Positions 24,867-38,086 are shown, counted from the first letter of the stretch. The stretch: 45,786 bases of DNA from Octopus bimaculoides (GCF_001194135.2 NC_068986.1:59243583-59289368); one strand, 5' to 3'. Translations and numbers: made by a program. The notes: generated by a model not told the origin, from the sequence alone.

Positions 24867-25239
24867 ATATGTATGTGTGTGTGTATACATATATACAGAC
24901 ATACATGCACACATACATTTACTTATATATATATATGTGTAGCATTGCAAGCCAGATAATCTTGCAATTATTCGATAAAAACTCCCTCCAAGGATGTTTA
25001 AAATCTAAAAGCAATAATCAAAGAAGATAACTCCAATAATATCAGCTAACTGTAATTCTTGGGAAATTAAGATAAAGCAGATTCGCAGCAAATTTATTTA
25101 TACATTTCGCATATATTTACATGTGTGTGTATGCGCGCACGCGGTATGAGAGATATAGAAGAGATGTGTGAGAGTGAGTAAATGAGTATATGCGCTGGAG
25201 TGTATGCGTAAAGGAGAAAAAAGAGAGCGGGAGGGAAAA

Positions 25240-25270
<31 letters not shown>

Positions 25271-26967
25271 NNNNNNNNNNNNNNNNNNNNNNNNNNNNNN
25301 NNNNNNNNNNNNNNNNNNNNNNNNNNNNNNNNNNNNNNNNNNNNNNNNNNNNNNNNNNNNNNNNNNNNNNNNNNNNNNNNNNNNNNNNNNNNNNNNNNNN
25401 NNNNNNNNNNNNNNNNNNNNNNNNNNNNNNNNNNNNNNNNNNNNNNNNNNNNNNNNNNNNNNNNNNNNNNNNNNNNNNNNNNNNNNNNNNNNNNATGTCC
25501 ATCCATAAAAGATGAGATAAAAGTATGAAGCGAAAAGATTTGTTAATAAACCAACAATAAGGCTGTAACATGTATTCGCAACTGGTGGCCTTTCTTTCCA
25601 CTGCCACCGAGGATTCGCACAACTCTTACCCATCACTACCCTCGTTATATTTAATAACACTGGATAACACAGCGAAATTAAAAGCTCCAAAGTTTGTGTT
25701 CAGCTGTTTGCGTATTCGTATATGCGTCTACATGATTATATGTGTGCGAGTGTATACGTGTGTGTGTGTATGTACGTGTGTGCGTGTGTGTGTGTGTGTG
25801 CGTGTGTGTGTGTGCGCGCGTGCGTTTTGGCGTGATTTTTTTCCATGGTTCAACAGCTACCAACCACTTTCTTTGAATTTAAATACTTACCTCATTCGAC
25901 TATAGGCAACAATTTGTTCCCATATTCCTGTGATTAGAGCATAAAAACAACAACAGCACCAATAAAACAGTAACAACAGCCACAATAACAACAGTAATAA
26001 CATAAACATACGTATATTATTCGTTTGTTTAACTTTTTTCCCGTCCAATTTTAAAAAATTTGAGTGTTGTATGTGAGCGTTTGTGTTAGTGTGTGCTTTT
26101 GTATATGTTTATGGAATTTTTGCCTTTTTTTCCTCCTTTTTTTCTCTTGTGTTTTAGCTGTTGTCTTTCTTCGTTTTCCTTCTAGTTTGAAAAGATTTAC
26201 AAATTATTCATGCTTTCCTAGCATTTTTCACTATTAAAATCTTCAAGATATTAAACGTCTTAAAAAATCATTTTAAGAAATTTAAAAAGTCTTTTTTTTT
26301 TTTATCAATTTTAACAGCAGTAATATCAGATATTAACAGTGTTCTCTTTTTGTGCTTTTGTTTTTATTTGTAGCTGTTTTGTTTGTTTGTTTTTTACTGT
26401 TTGTTATTAGTTTTTGTGCATGTAAATGCTGCTGTTCTGTTTTTAGTTTTTTTGTTTTGTTTTTTTAATTTTATGCTTAAAATCAGCTTTATTTTCAATA
26501 TCGTGCTGGAATTTTTCGTTCATTATTCTAAATAAGATTATTTAAATATTTTTTTCTTTCTTTTGCTTTCTTGTATATGTGCGTTTTTCTACCTTAATTT
26601 TTTTTAAATTTAATTTTATTTTTTAATTTTCTCCAATTGCCGCCTGTACAGCCAATTTTGAAATGGTCCACATTCTATATAATATTAGCTGGCTTTGCTA
26701 CTAACATTAACTCCATACCACAACACCACTATTAACTACCAGCCTTCATCACAAACATTTCCTGTATCATCATCATCATCATTTTCATCACAACCACTTC
26801 CAAAATCACCATTTTTAATACAACCACCATTAAATGACCACCACCGCCACTACCCCCATCGCAACAACAACAAACCAGCCGTCAAAACCGTAAATCTTCT
26901 TTTCCAATTTAGTGATATTGATATGACAGCAGACACATCATACATGTACACACACGTTCACACATGC

Positions 26968-27009
<42 letters not shown>

Positions 27010-27149
27010 TTATTAATTTACATTGAATGGTGAAATAACTTTGTCTAAAGCTTTGCTTCACGAGCAAATTGATTGCAAGGGATCTAATTCACTCAGCACT
27101 GCATTTGCAGCTCCACTAATGTACCGTATTTTCCAGTGTATAAGACGTG

Positions 27150-27237
<88 letters not shown>

Positions 27238-27399
27238 TTAACTGCATGTAAAAATTGCCCTGCGTCTAATGTGGCCGTATTATGGATGAGAGATAGAGTG
27301 CCATATACTAGGGAGGACGAATAAGCATAAATCCACAAGGTGCAATGGTTGTTATTAATAATAAAATATTGATTTCAAATTTTGGCATAAGACCAGCAA

Positions 27400-27560
27400 T
27401 TTTGTGGGAGAGAGTAAGTCTATTGCATCGATTCCGGTGCTCAACTGACGAACCCAAAAGTCGATCTCAGTGGAAGTTGAACTCTGAATATGAAGATGGT
27501 CGAAATGCTGCTAACCATTTTGGCCCGGCGTGTTAACGATTCTTCCAGCTTGCTGCCTTA
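27400..27560 (-). mobile_element. tRNA-derived SINE, family C
   Basis: CATCGATTCCGGTG..GCCCGGCGTGTTAACGATTC..CAGC..GCCTT; homologous to 41495-41608. Confidence 0.75.
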
Positions 27561-28447
27561 ATAATAATACAAATAACGAAAACAAACCAAAATATCAAAG
27601 TCTGTTAGTACAAACTTGCAAAAAAAAGTCAGCAGTGATATGGGAGTTTACATCATTTTATTATATCCTCTTCCTCGGCATACATAACACACACCTCATA
27701 TAGCTTTTACATTATTTAATGACTTTGTTGACTTTAAGACATATTTTTAATTATTTAAATTAAAAATTCCCCTAGATAGATGAAAGAAACTTGGAGATAA
27801 CAACAAAGTTATAGCGGTGATGCGCATCCCTGGTGACCGCTCGACGTTACGCAAAACAACAGCAAGAAACATGAGTTTTGCATCAAGTATGGCAATTCTC
27901 CTCATCAAAATATAAACAACTATACAAGAGATCTGAAAGACGATAAAAGTTGAAATACAGAACTTTTATAACGTAGTTTATGTTCAATAAATTTATGGTT
28001 TCGTTCTTTAATCCAGTAAACTGTCATGATAATGTATTTACATGCACAGGACCATACATTTCCCCCCAATAAACCACTTTAAAATGTCTTTCAATAAGCA
28101 TTTAATAAAACATGCCAAATTTGTTTTTACTCATTAAATATACTTATGCGAGAATGTGTCTTACAGGCCAAAAAATATATTTAATCTTTATTTTCTTCGC
28201 GAGACAACTTTCGTATTTCGACATAGTTTTTCTTGCTTCTAATAACGGCTAAATCTACCTCAAATCCTGATGTACCGCCTTGAAAAAAGAACACTGAATA
28301 ACATAATCTAATCCCAGGTACGCCTATAATTGCGCTTGGTTACATGCGGAACACTTCTAATCAACGTCTATTCCTTCAGAGCTGGCCTGTAACTAAACCA
28401 ACAACAATTTAGGTAAATAGTTTGCTCTTGAAGCGACGTTGATATGG

Positions 28448-28512
28448 TAGGAGACTACAATGCATAGGAAACTACAATGCATAGATTACAATGCATAGGA
28501 GACTACAATGCA
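28448..28512. repeat. 17-bp minisatellite (TAGGAGACTACAATGCA) x about 4
   Basis: Directly visible; third unit shortened. Confidence 0.95.
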
Positions 28513-29346
28513 CAAACTAAGCTGTCTTAGTGTTCTTTTATTTATAACCTCCTTATATACTAAGCTCTAAGTCCGTTCGGGTCGACTTCGACTTGTTTTT
28601 TCCTCCATTTAGGTCGATAACATAAATTCTTTGTAACGGTGGATTCTCCATCGAGTTTCACAGTGTTCATTCATCTGTTCAACCAACAGAAATTCAACTC
28701 GTACTATGTATGTGTACATATGTGTGTNNNNNNNNNNNNNNNNNNNNNNNNNNNNNNNNNNNNNNNNNNNNNNNNNNNNNNNNNNNNNNNNNNNNNNNNN
28801 NNNNNNNNNNNNNNNNNNNNNNNNNNNNNNNNNNNNNNNNNNNNNNNNNNNNNNNNNNNNNNNNNNNNNNNNNNNNNNNNNNNNNNNNNNNNNNNNNNNN
28901 NNNNNNNNNNNNNNNNNNNNNNNNNNNNNNNNNNNNNNNNNNNNNNNNNNNNNNNNNNNNNNNNNNNNNNNNNNNNNNNNNNNNNNNNNNNNNNNNNNNN
29001 NNNNNNNNNNNNNNNNNNNNNNNNNNNNNNNNNNNNNNNNNNNNNNNNNNNNNNNNNNNNNNNNNNNNNNNNNNNNNNNNNNNNNNNNNNNNNNNNNNNN
29101 NNNNNNNNNNNNNNNNNNNNNNNNNNNNNNNNNNNNNNNNNNNNNNNNNNNNNNNNNNNNNNNNNNNNNNNNNNNNNNNNNNNNNNNNNNNNNNNNNNNN
29201 NNNNNNNNNNNNNNNNNNNNNNNNNNNNNNNNNNNNNNNNNNNNNNNNNNNNNTGTGTGTGTGTGTGTGTGCGTGTGCGTGTGTGTGCGTGCGCGTGCGT
29301 GCGTGTGTGTGTGTGTAATTTGATCGGCCGGAACCAAAGATAATTG

Positions 29347-29471
29347 AAACTCTGAGTTCCATCAAGCGTCAACACGTTTGAATCACGCTTGAATCAGCGA
29401 TCAGCCATTTATTCAAACCGATGATTCAAATGTATTACAAACGTGTCCACGCTTAATGAAACTCAGAGTTT
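29347..29471. mobile_element. 125-bp fold-back/MITE with 34-bp TIRs
   Basis: 29347-29380 matches the reverse complement of 29438-29471 at 30/34 positions; internal TTGAATC/GATTCAA motifs. Confidence 0.7.
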
Positions 29472-30164
29472 GAGCCGTTTTATGTTCTGGTTTTCCGAAT
29501 GACGATCATTTCATGTAATTAATTTTAATTAATTTGCACACGCAGTGCCGGTTTAAATCTATTGTTTTATTCTCGTAACATCAGAAACCAAACACTGCCA
29601 ACGCGTCAATAATTTATGAAATATTTGTCTGGATTGGAATCAACGTATCGTAGATGAATTTTTTTCAAAAATATTCGATACATAATACCATTTTGTTTTT
29701 AAAGAAGAAATTGGCCAGAAATATTTTGATCCACAAGATTTGTCAGTATGATGACTACGTAGTTGATATATTAGAGTTGTGATCCAAACTTTACCTCTTG
29801 CAAGACAAATTATTTGCCTCAATGATATGTCTTGCTACAAAGAGCAAGCCATGAAGCTGTAAATAACAAATTGCTCTAAAACAATTTTCTGTTAACGGTT
29901 GGAATTTGGAGAGACAGAGAAAAGAAATGCGTTAAAACAAAATACAAAGATTGATAAATTTCATGCAAATATGACGTCTTTTCAGTTGGATTCAGAGTGA
30001 CTCAGATTACCAAAGAGTGGCGGCATAATTTGAAGGAGGGGTTCGTAGGTGGAAGTAAAATATTAGCCATGCACACCATTGAAAAATAACAACGACCTTA
30101 TACAATAAATCATAAAAACATACATGCATACACTCACACATACATCATCACGAGCCGTTATCGT

Positions 30165-30330
30165 GATCGCTCGACCTTGAAAGACATAGCAACCAAAACA
30201 CACCCTACTGACTTAAAAAAAGAAAGACAGGTTGAATAATGCGGTCCTCGATATATTATAACTGAAAGAAAAGATGAAATATTTTGGTCTCAAGTCTGCT
30301 CCATCAGGGCTCAGCTAGAGCTAAACAACA
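30165..30330 (+). mobile_element. SINE-like repeat, family B fragment
   Basis: Homologous to the reverse complement of 21460-21610. Confidence 0.55.
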
Positions 30331-30858
30331 AGCATAAATATATTAAAACACACACTGTACAAGGCTATAGATTCATCTCCGCTAATCAGAACATATCCTA
30401 CTAAGATGCGATTTCTAAAAGGCATTTCCGAGCGAGTGGTTAAGGTTCGATCCTACAGCGCGGCATCATATGCGAGTGCCTTTAAAGTCGATCCAAGCCT
30501 TGTGAGTAAAACTAAGCAGATAGAAACTGTGCAGTGGCTTGTCACATCGATTAAAGTTTGCAACTCAAGGATATTGGTTGCTAAGGATTTCGTTGGGAGC
30601 ACAAGTGTCAGTGGAATGCTCACAGTTATTTTAGCGAGTAAATAGTTCAGATCATCGAACTGTTGAACGTTCATCGTTGAAATTGACGGAGGACCCTTCA
30701 ATTAAACACAATACATGACCGGTACATAATTTATTACATGTTTAAAGAGTAACACAAGATTTATAATTCAAGCCTATCAATTCGGTATATATTTACTATA
30801 TATGTATATTAGTATTTGATGCATTAATTGTATAATAAATGTATATATGTGTATGTGT

Positions 30859-30897
<39 letters not shown>

Positions 30898-31689
30898 TGC
30901 AGACATGACGATGACGACGACTGTCGACTCGTCAAACGAGTATGACCATGGCTCAATAATAAAATGTATCACAGAACTACATGTGAAACAACAATGGCTC
31001 TTGAATCCTGACAGAGCTTGTCGCAGATTCGACATTCATACACATTCTTCTGACATTGTAATTGTCCAGGGTCATTCTACTGATTTTCTCTGTGCACCCT
31101 CATATGCCTAGATAAATCTGAGCGACTTCTACACATTTTCTGACAGACAGAGCATGTGAAATTACCCCCGGCAAGGAAGTTGTAGTTTGTAACATCTTTC
31201 TGCATGGCTTTTCTAGTAGCTCACTAGGCCTGCGCAAGACATACATTTGTGGCCAGACTTTACAGACTAGGTGATACACGCGCGCGCGCACATATCTATC
31301 TATCTATCAATATGTATGTGTGAATTAAGGCTGCCATTGGTTTCATGTTAAGAACAGTAGAAAAATATCCTAGTGTCTTAATACATGTTCAAGCCGATAA
31401 CGTGGAGAAAGGTGTTCGCCTCCATTTTGGAAAACACAGTCTCCTTTAGTTCACAGGTTTCTCACAAATTTACGTGAGCAAAGCAATGAATCAATGAATC
31501 AAGGGACGTTACTCTAGGGTGGCATCTTTAGAATTTTTATGTTTTGGACAAATTGTGTAGTCAATTTGTTTGCATTATTTTGTTTTTGTTCTGGGCATGA
31601 TGTTCTTATAGGTTGTTCGTCATTGGGGTATATTTCTTCTTTGTGTGCTATATGTATTCTCGTTTAGGAAAGGGGCTATCCTGGTGGGA

Positions 31690-32625
31690 GTTACCGTCGC
31701 AGATAGTGGCTCTTTGAAATATTTGAGTATAAAATATTGCTTGTGTATGCAGGGAAAGAAGGTTTCATCCCTAATTTTAGGATGCTATCTGTTGATTTAT
31801 AATGTTTAATTTTTCAGTAATACAGAGTTGACATTTGGTACCCCGTCCTCTGTATTTTTTGGCTTTAGCAATAATTTTCCATTCTATCTGGGAGCTGCTT
31901 ATTTCACCTTCTTTCAATATCTATATCACATTTGACAGGGATGTTGCATGATTTTTATATTTTTGTCTCTGAATGACGCTAGATGTTGTGTATACCTTTC
32001 CTTGCACGAGTTGCCTGTCATTCCGATATACGCCTTTGCTATTCTGTTGGGATCCATGATCTTAGCGTTGCATACGAGTTCTTTCTCGAGACAGTTATTG
32101 TTTAGAGGACAGCGGTTTAGCGGACAGTTGCATTGCCTTTCTGGGGTGTTTCTGGTGTGTCTATGCTTATTGTGATTGAGTATTATTGACCTTATATTGA
32201 GGAGGAAACTATAGCTAGCTTTAACAGTATTTCTGCTGAAGATCTTGTGGTATTTGTGTTAGAGTGTAAAGTGGTTGTCTATTAGCTTTAAAAATTTCCT
32301 TGCTACATTCATGCTATAAAGTGGGTTGAATCATAAGATTTTTCTCTGTCGGCGTCTTTTTAGTCTATTTATATTTGGTCCAATGTAGTATGTGCTATTC
32401 TTGAAGTTGAACCTTTCTAATGCAGCATTATAATATGGGGCAGCTTTTTCAAAAGCGTCTTTGTCGGTGGATAAATTGGAGATGTGCCTGCTAATGTTGT
32501 TTGGCTTTAATTTGTTTAATTACTGCTGGTGGATCGTTGGAACTTATGCCTATGTACTTGGCTTCCTCGTTTGGTTTGTAAAAATTTCCTAGCTATGTTA
32601 GTAGCTGCATTCATGCTATAAGGTG
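31690..32625 (-). pseudogene. Penelope-like element 3' part (RT thumb + GIY-YIG), Hydra-like
   Basis: KPNEEAKYI..SSNDPPAVIKQI..AAPYYNAAL; FNP-x-YSMNVARKFL; CNCPLNRCPLNNNCL; AYIGMTGNSCKERY..H; IEWKII..KCQLCITEK. Confidence 0.85.
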
Positions 32626-32658
32626 AAAATTTTGTTTGGCCTTTTTTTGGCCGAAAAA

Positions 32659-32867
32659 ATTTTGCGTTCGCATTTGCGAACAAATTATGTTTACTGTTTG
32701 TGCTAGGCGTATCCGCTCCACCACAGCAGTGAAAATTTATTGTTTGGCATTTTTTGCTGAAGAAACTTTGTGTTCGCATTTGTGAGCGAATTGTGTGCTT
32801 GCTGTCTGTGGTGGACGGTTTCGTTTCACCACAGCGGTGAAGAAATTTTTGGTATTTTTTCCGGAGA
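32659..32867 (+). repeat. Two diverged tandem units of about 105 bp upstream of the ORF1-like gene
   Basis: Both units carry TTCGCATTTG(C/T)GA..CACCACAGC(A/G)GTGAA..TTTGG(C/T)ATTTTTT. Confidence 0.75.
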
Positions 32868-33046
32868 AGCTTTGGAGTGCCTTGTTTTGGAGTACCTCTA
32901 GAAGAACCCGGATTACCTGTGTTTCTCGTGTTTGAACTGTATTTTATCTGCCTTCAGTCTATCTTTTATTTGGAACTGTGTATTTCTTCTTTCTTTCGTT
33001 TTCGTTTTCCTTATTGAACTTTATTTGTGAACTCTTACAAACAAAC

Positions 33047-34250
33047 ATGGGGGAAAAAAGTAACGAAGCCACTGCCTTGGAGTGGGAATTGTGCCCACCC
33101 AGGCGGTGGTTGGAGGAAATGGAAAAGAGGACAGTGGTCTTGCGGACCTATTCTAGATCACGCAATACCATTGCCCTCTTCAATAAAGACAAAATAGAAC
33201 AAGAACTGGCATGTTGTTTGCAAGGTAGAAAGTACTTTATAACCAGGGGACTCAAATATGCAACGGTGTGGTTGCTGTTTGACTCCCCTGAAGAGGCTGC
33301 TATTGTGGCCAGTCAGCCCCTGCAGGGAGAGGAAATTTTGTTCCTCCCATCTTATTGCGGGAAGAAGATTGTAAAGGCCTGGGTATGTGGTCTGCCCCCA
33401 GGCACCGAGGCCGGATGAATTGCTGATGCCATCCGGCAGGGCTTGGGGACAGTGGGCCCAGGCTTTTAAATGTTAATTTGATTGCTGCGGTGAACTGGGA
33501 TGGGGTTAAAGCAAATTTAACCCTATGGACCCCGGTAGCCGNNNNNNNNNNNNNNNNNNNNNNNNNNNNNNNNNNNNNNNNNNNNNNNNNNNNNNNNNNN
33601 NNNNNNNNNNNNNNNNNNNNNNNNNNNNNNNNNNNNNNNNNNNNNNNNNNNNNNNNNNNNNNNNNNNNNNNNNNNNNNNNNNNNNNNNNNNNNNNNNNNN
33701 NNNNNNNNNNNNNNNNNNNNNNNNNNNNNNNNNNNNNNNNNNNNNNNNNNNNNNNNNNNNNNNNNNNNNNNNNNNNNNNNNNNNNNNNNNNNNNNNNNNN
33801 NNNNNNNNNNNNNNNNNNNNNNNNNNNNNNNNNNNNNNNNNNNNNNNNNNNNNNNNNNNNNNNNNNNNNNNNNNNNNNNNNNNNNNNNNNNNNNNNNNNN
33901 NNNNNNNNNNNNNNNNNNNNNNNNNNNNNNNNNNNNNNNNNNNNNNNNNNNNNNNNNNNNNNNNNNNNNNNNNNNNNNNNNNNNNNNNNNNNNNNNNNNN
34001 NNNNNNNNNNNNNNNNNNNNNNNNNNNNNNNNNNNNNNNNNNNNNNNNNNNNNNNNNNNNNNNNNNNNNNNNNNNNNNNNNNNNNNNNNNNNNNNNNNNN
34101 NNNNNNNNNNNNNNNNNGATCCTGTCAAGGATTATAGCCACCTTTGACATGGAGGATTTTATCTGCCTCGCCACGGACCCCGACTTGGCCATACGGACTT
34201 GTCTGCGGGCAGCAAATCGTTTGCTTAAGGGCTGTGGCGGGGCGGATTAG
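33047..34250 (+). pseudogene. LINE ORF1-like (RRM-type) protein, gap-interrupted, with in-frame stop at 33416-33418
   Basis: MGEKS..MEKRTVVLRTYSR..ITRGLKYATVWLLFDSPEEA..LPSYCGKKIVKAWVCGLPP; after the gap ATFDMEDFICLATDPDLAIRTCLRAANRL*. Similarity to L1/Tx1-type ORF1 is from recall. Confidence 0.6.
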
Positions 34251-34599
34251 TTATGATTAATTGTATTAACGAATTTGATTTGTATTGCATAACTGATTTT
34301 ATAAATGATTTGTAAATGATTTGTATTGAAACAATGTTTTCGAGGGGTTGCCAGTCGGTGGGCGCTGGCGCCCCTCTCATTTTTCATCTGTGTCATCCTA
34401 CCATATTTTCATTAATGTCTTTGTCCAGCCCTAGCTTCTGCTACTCTATGTACAGCCTTCATGGCTAATCAAAAACGATATGCGTGCTACTCTAAACAAC
34501 CAGCTTCAACCGGATATGAAAAGAACTAAACAATCTGGCTATATTAAGCACAGACTTGAAATCACACCCACCACCAGAGTTGACATATACAGGATGGTC

Positions 34600-37130
34600 A
34601 ACACTAATACCAACAATGACGTCACACTAATATTTCTATTGAATGTCAAAAGTCTATTGCTCCTCAACAAAAATCTCTTTCCTGAAATATCTCGCTGCAT
34701 GCATTCAAGCTCTATGCATAGCATCTTTAAGGAAACGCATATTGGATCTGATATAGGGGGTGCAGTACACATACCGAAATATGCTGCAATATGAACAGGT
34801 AAAAAAGATCTACGGTGGAGTTGTAGTATACATCTGTAAGGACCTCATGATCCAGGCCCTGCTGTCATCTTCAAATTCACTATGTGATATTCAAATTATA
34901 CACATAAGACAACCTTGATATTGTCATATTTACAATATCAAGTTGTATCGCCCACCAGATGATCTAAATCACACAGACAAGTTTGAAAACTACCTCACAA
35001 AAAGTTCTCACCAAACTGGAACAACGCATCGGTGTATTCTTTGTAGGTGACTTCAACTTCCTCAATGTGGGATAGCCCGAGGCCCTCATGCTTTCAGGAA
35101 AGACACACTACTAAAAAGAATAGGTGGAATCCTTATTCAACTTTATCAATGCTTCGTTCATGAAGCAAATTGTGCTCCAACCAACCAAGGAAAATATGTG
35201 AAAATGACACAGACACTAGTCTCTGATCACAATATAATAGAGCTGACTACGTATGAACCAAATGGAGCTGCAGAATACAGCCTATAAGAAGCACCCGAAA
35301 TCTCTCCAGTTTGAACTTCCATAAAGCCAACTGGAAATTGATCCAGAAAGACATCCTCAAACAGGATTGACTTAAATGTCTCACCACACCAAACATAGAC
35401 ATCGAGCGTAAACACTTAATGTCCGTAATGCAAGCCATATACAATTCTGTCCCAGGACACAAGGCCGACACACACAAGGAGATCCCCGTGGGAAGGAAAA
35501 TTCTCATGAGACGACGAACAAAAATTGCAAACCGCTTGAACAAACATCTCAAAAATAGTGAAAGTCCCGCTTGAAAACAACACTGATGGCGATTGAGATA
35601 CATCTGCAACAATTCCATGAAAAAGGAGTCTGGGTTATAAAAATAAGTAAGTTAAACTCTAAAGTTTACTTTAGCTTAGTGCGCTACAAGATAGGACCAA
35701 CAACTCATAGGTGCTGACGAAAGGGTGCTGAAAAGTTCCTGGCTTTAAAGGTATCGCGAAAGGGTAGTGCTGTTACCTTTACAGGGGAAGTAGGACAACT
35801 GTTTAGGAGATATAAAAAAAACTATTGATGTTATACAACATATTTTTCTCTTTTTTGTAGATTTAACGCATGATGGCAGCTCCTACACTGGATTTTGGTA
35901 AAATTGAAGCACTGCAGTCGTGAAATTTCCTTTTTGTTTGTTTGTTTGTTTGTTTTTTCCTTTGCAAGACAAAGGAGCAGCGGAAATCCATGGCGAGATT
36001 AAGGAAATGTTGAAGGATTGCTGCCCACTTTACACCACAGTGGAAATTTGGGTGTCAAAGTTTGGGACTGGTCAATTCGAGGTCACAAATGAACCCCGGT
36101 CAAGTCGGTCAACTCCTGCAACCACAGAAGACAAAGCCGACACTGTGCACGTCATGATTCTCAAGGACCGCCGGATTTCAGCTAAAGTCATAGCTGAAAC
36201 ACTGGGGATTTCCCGCGAAAGAGTTGGCCACATCATTCACAACATTCTGGACATGAGATAGCTTTCTGCAACGATTTTTGACCGGTTTGCAGCAGGAGAG
36301 GCTGATTTTACGACTCGTTTAGTCACTATGAACGAAACTTGATTTCATCATTATGATCCCAGACCATGCAGCAATCAATTGAGTGGTTCCACAGTGGTTC
36401 ACTGCGTCCCAAGAAGTTTCGGACCCAGAAGTCAGCTGGAAAGATACAGGCTTCAGTGTTCTGGGACAAGACAGAATCTCCTCAGAAAATACTTGCCAAA
36501 AGGTCGCACCATCAACACAGTATATATGTCTCTGTTGGACGAATTGCGTGAAGCTTTGAAGTAGAAACGCCGTAAAAAGCTGAGCCGTGATGTCCTGTTT
36601 TCGCAGGGCGATACAGCAGTACACACAGCACATGAAACTCTACAAAAAATACACGACTTTGGCTTCGAAGTGGTAGACCACCCACCTAATTCTCCTGATT
36701 TGGTCCCCTCCGACTATCCTCTTTCCACCATTGAAGAAACATCTCAAGGGAACAAAATTTCACTCCAATTCAGAAGTGGTCACTACAGAGGCCTGGTTGG
36801 AGGCCCAACCTTCCAAGTTCTTTTTACAGGGGTTAGGAAAATTGAAGGACAGCTGCAACAGGTGTGTTAATCTGAGAGGAGAATGTGTTCAAGAACTTTT
36901 CAGCACCCACTCATATATCGCGACTTTGCAAAAGTCTTTGATAAAGTTGACCTTGGTGTTATACGTCACAAGCTGCGAGATCTTGGCATAGTTGGAAAAC
37001 TTGGAGACTGGCTAGACGAGTTTTTAAAAGATAGAAATCAGGCACTGATAGTCAATAGAGTCATCTCTAAGGAAACACATATAATGAGTAGTGTTCCACA
37101 GTGGCCCTCTCAGACATGCCCTCAGCTGCT
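34600..37130 (+). mobile_element. CR1/L2-like LINE ORF2 fossil (APE endonuclease + RT), interrupted by mariner
   Basis: LNVKSL..KETHI..VHIPKY, YRPPD, VGDFNF; IYRDFAKVFDKVD..LRDLGIVGKLG..SSVPQ..ALSDMPSA. Confidence 0.88.
35718..36913 (+). mobile_element. mariner transposon fossil with both TIRs
   Basis: TIRs CGAAAGGGTGCTGAAAAGTTCCTGG and CAAGAACTTTTCAGCACCCACTCA|TA. Transposase text ..TMNET*FHHYD..ASVFWD..HPPNSPDLVPSDY. Confidence 0.93.
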
Positions 37131-37629
37131 CAGTAACGACTGGTCGTCTTACCTATCATGTGAGTTTTGAACACTGATCAAATCCTCTGCTTTGATTGGT
37201 TGAGTATTGTGCGTATTGAGTATTGCAAAGATCCAGTCACGTTGCACATAATACATTTTCAAACAACTAATCTGAGCCTACCCTCCTTCTATAAATAGGT
37301 GTAACAAATCATCTATGAGCAGAGGAGTGAGCGATTTTCATGAAGGCGAGTCGTGTTATTTTCCTGCCGTTATTCACTAGAACAAAATTAATATAATGGA
37401 GCGCATGTAACCAACGACGGACCTAGCTGAATTATCCAAATAATGGATGAACTATACAACCACTAGAATTTGTGATATTCTATTTGTACTATTTAACAGA
37501 GGAATAAATTCTCGCTGTTGTTTTTAAAGTTCGTTTCTTGTATTATTTCCACAAGTGAATACACAACATACATTATATAATGGTATGCAAGATTTTGTAG
37601 TAAAACCAAGGGAGACTTTACACTACACC

Positions 37630-37705
37630 AATAAAACTATGCAGACAACACAAAAATCTCTCAGAGGATACAAAATCCTGGAGATATTACACACCTTCAA
37701 CAGGT
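37630..37705 (+). pseudogene. Continuation of the CR1/L2-like RT (YADD region)
   Basis: NYADNTKISQRIQNPGDITHLQQ follows ALSDMPSA in the expected order. Confidence 0.8.
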
Positions 37706-38086
37706 CTATGAATTATATGCAAACAGAGTGAAAACTATTTGCTGATGTGCCACAGAGCAGCACACATGAAAGTAAATTACATTTTAAAAGCAGTTCTAGT
37801 AATGTAATTCCTAATCACACATACACAGTGTATGTATTTTGTTTGTATGCTGAATCTGCAGCTGGATATGGGGTGGCTCCCTACACAATTCATAATTTAA
37901 TTTACTTTCACATTTACTACGGCTGTCGTAGATTTTAAACCCCACTTGTTCTGTTGTTCTTTTAAAAATATGCTACACCTGAAACCAACCCTGGGTCGGA
38001 TGTAGTTTTTATTGGATTTAGTATCACACACACATACACCTGCAATATACTACCAACAAATGACACTTAATGGTTGTTTTACATAC

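Noticed and set aside
27122-27290. Tc2/pogo-like TIR TACCGTATTTTCCAGTGTATAAGACG
   Set aside because: The matching right TIR is too degenerate to define an element.
28448-28512. Repeats superficially like a CRISPR array (also 6426-6480 and 39341-39443)
   Set aside because: Head-to-tail units with no unique spacers, in a eukaryotic context.
6136-29375. Many ORFs rich in CV/HT/YI/LS dipeptides or X
   Set aside because: They are translations of microsatellites and N gaps, not genes.
31421-31460. Possible decayed hammerhead downstream of the Hydra-like element
   Set aside because: Only stem II forms; the core needs three or more changes and stem I is absent.
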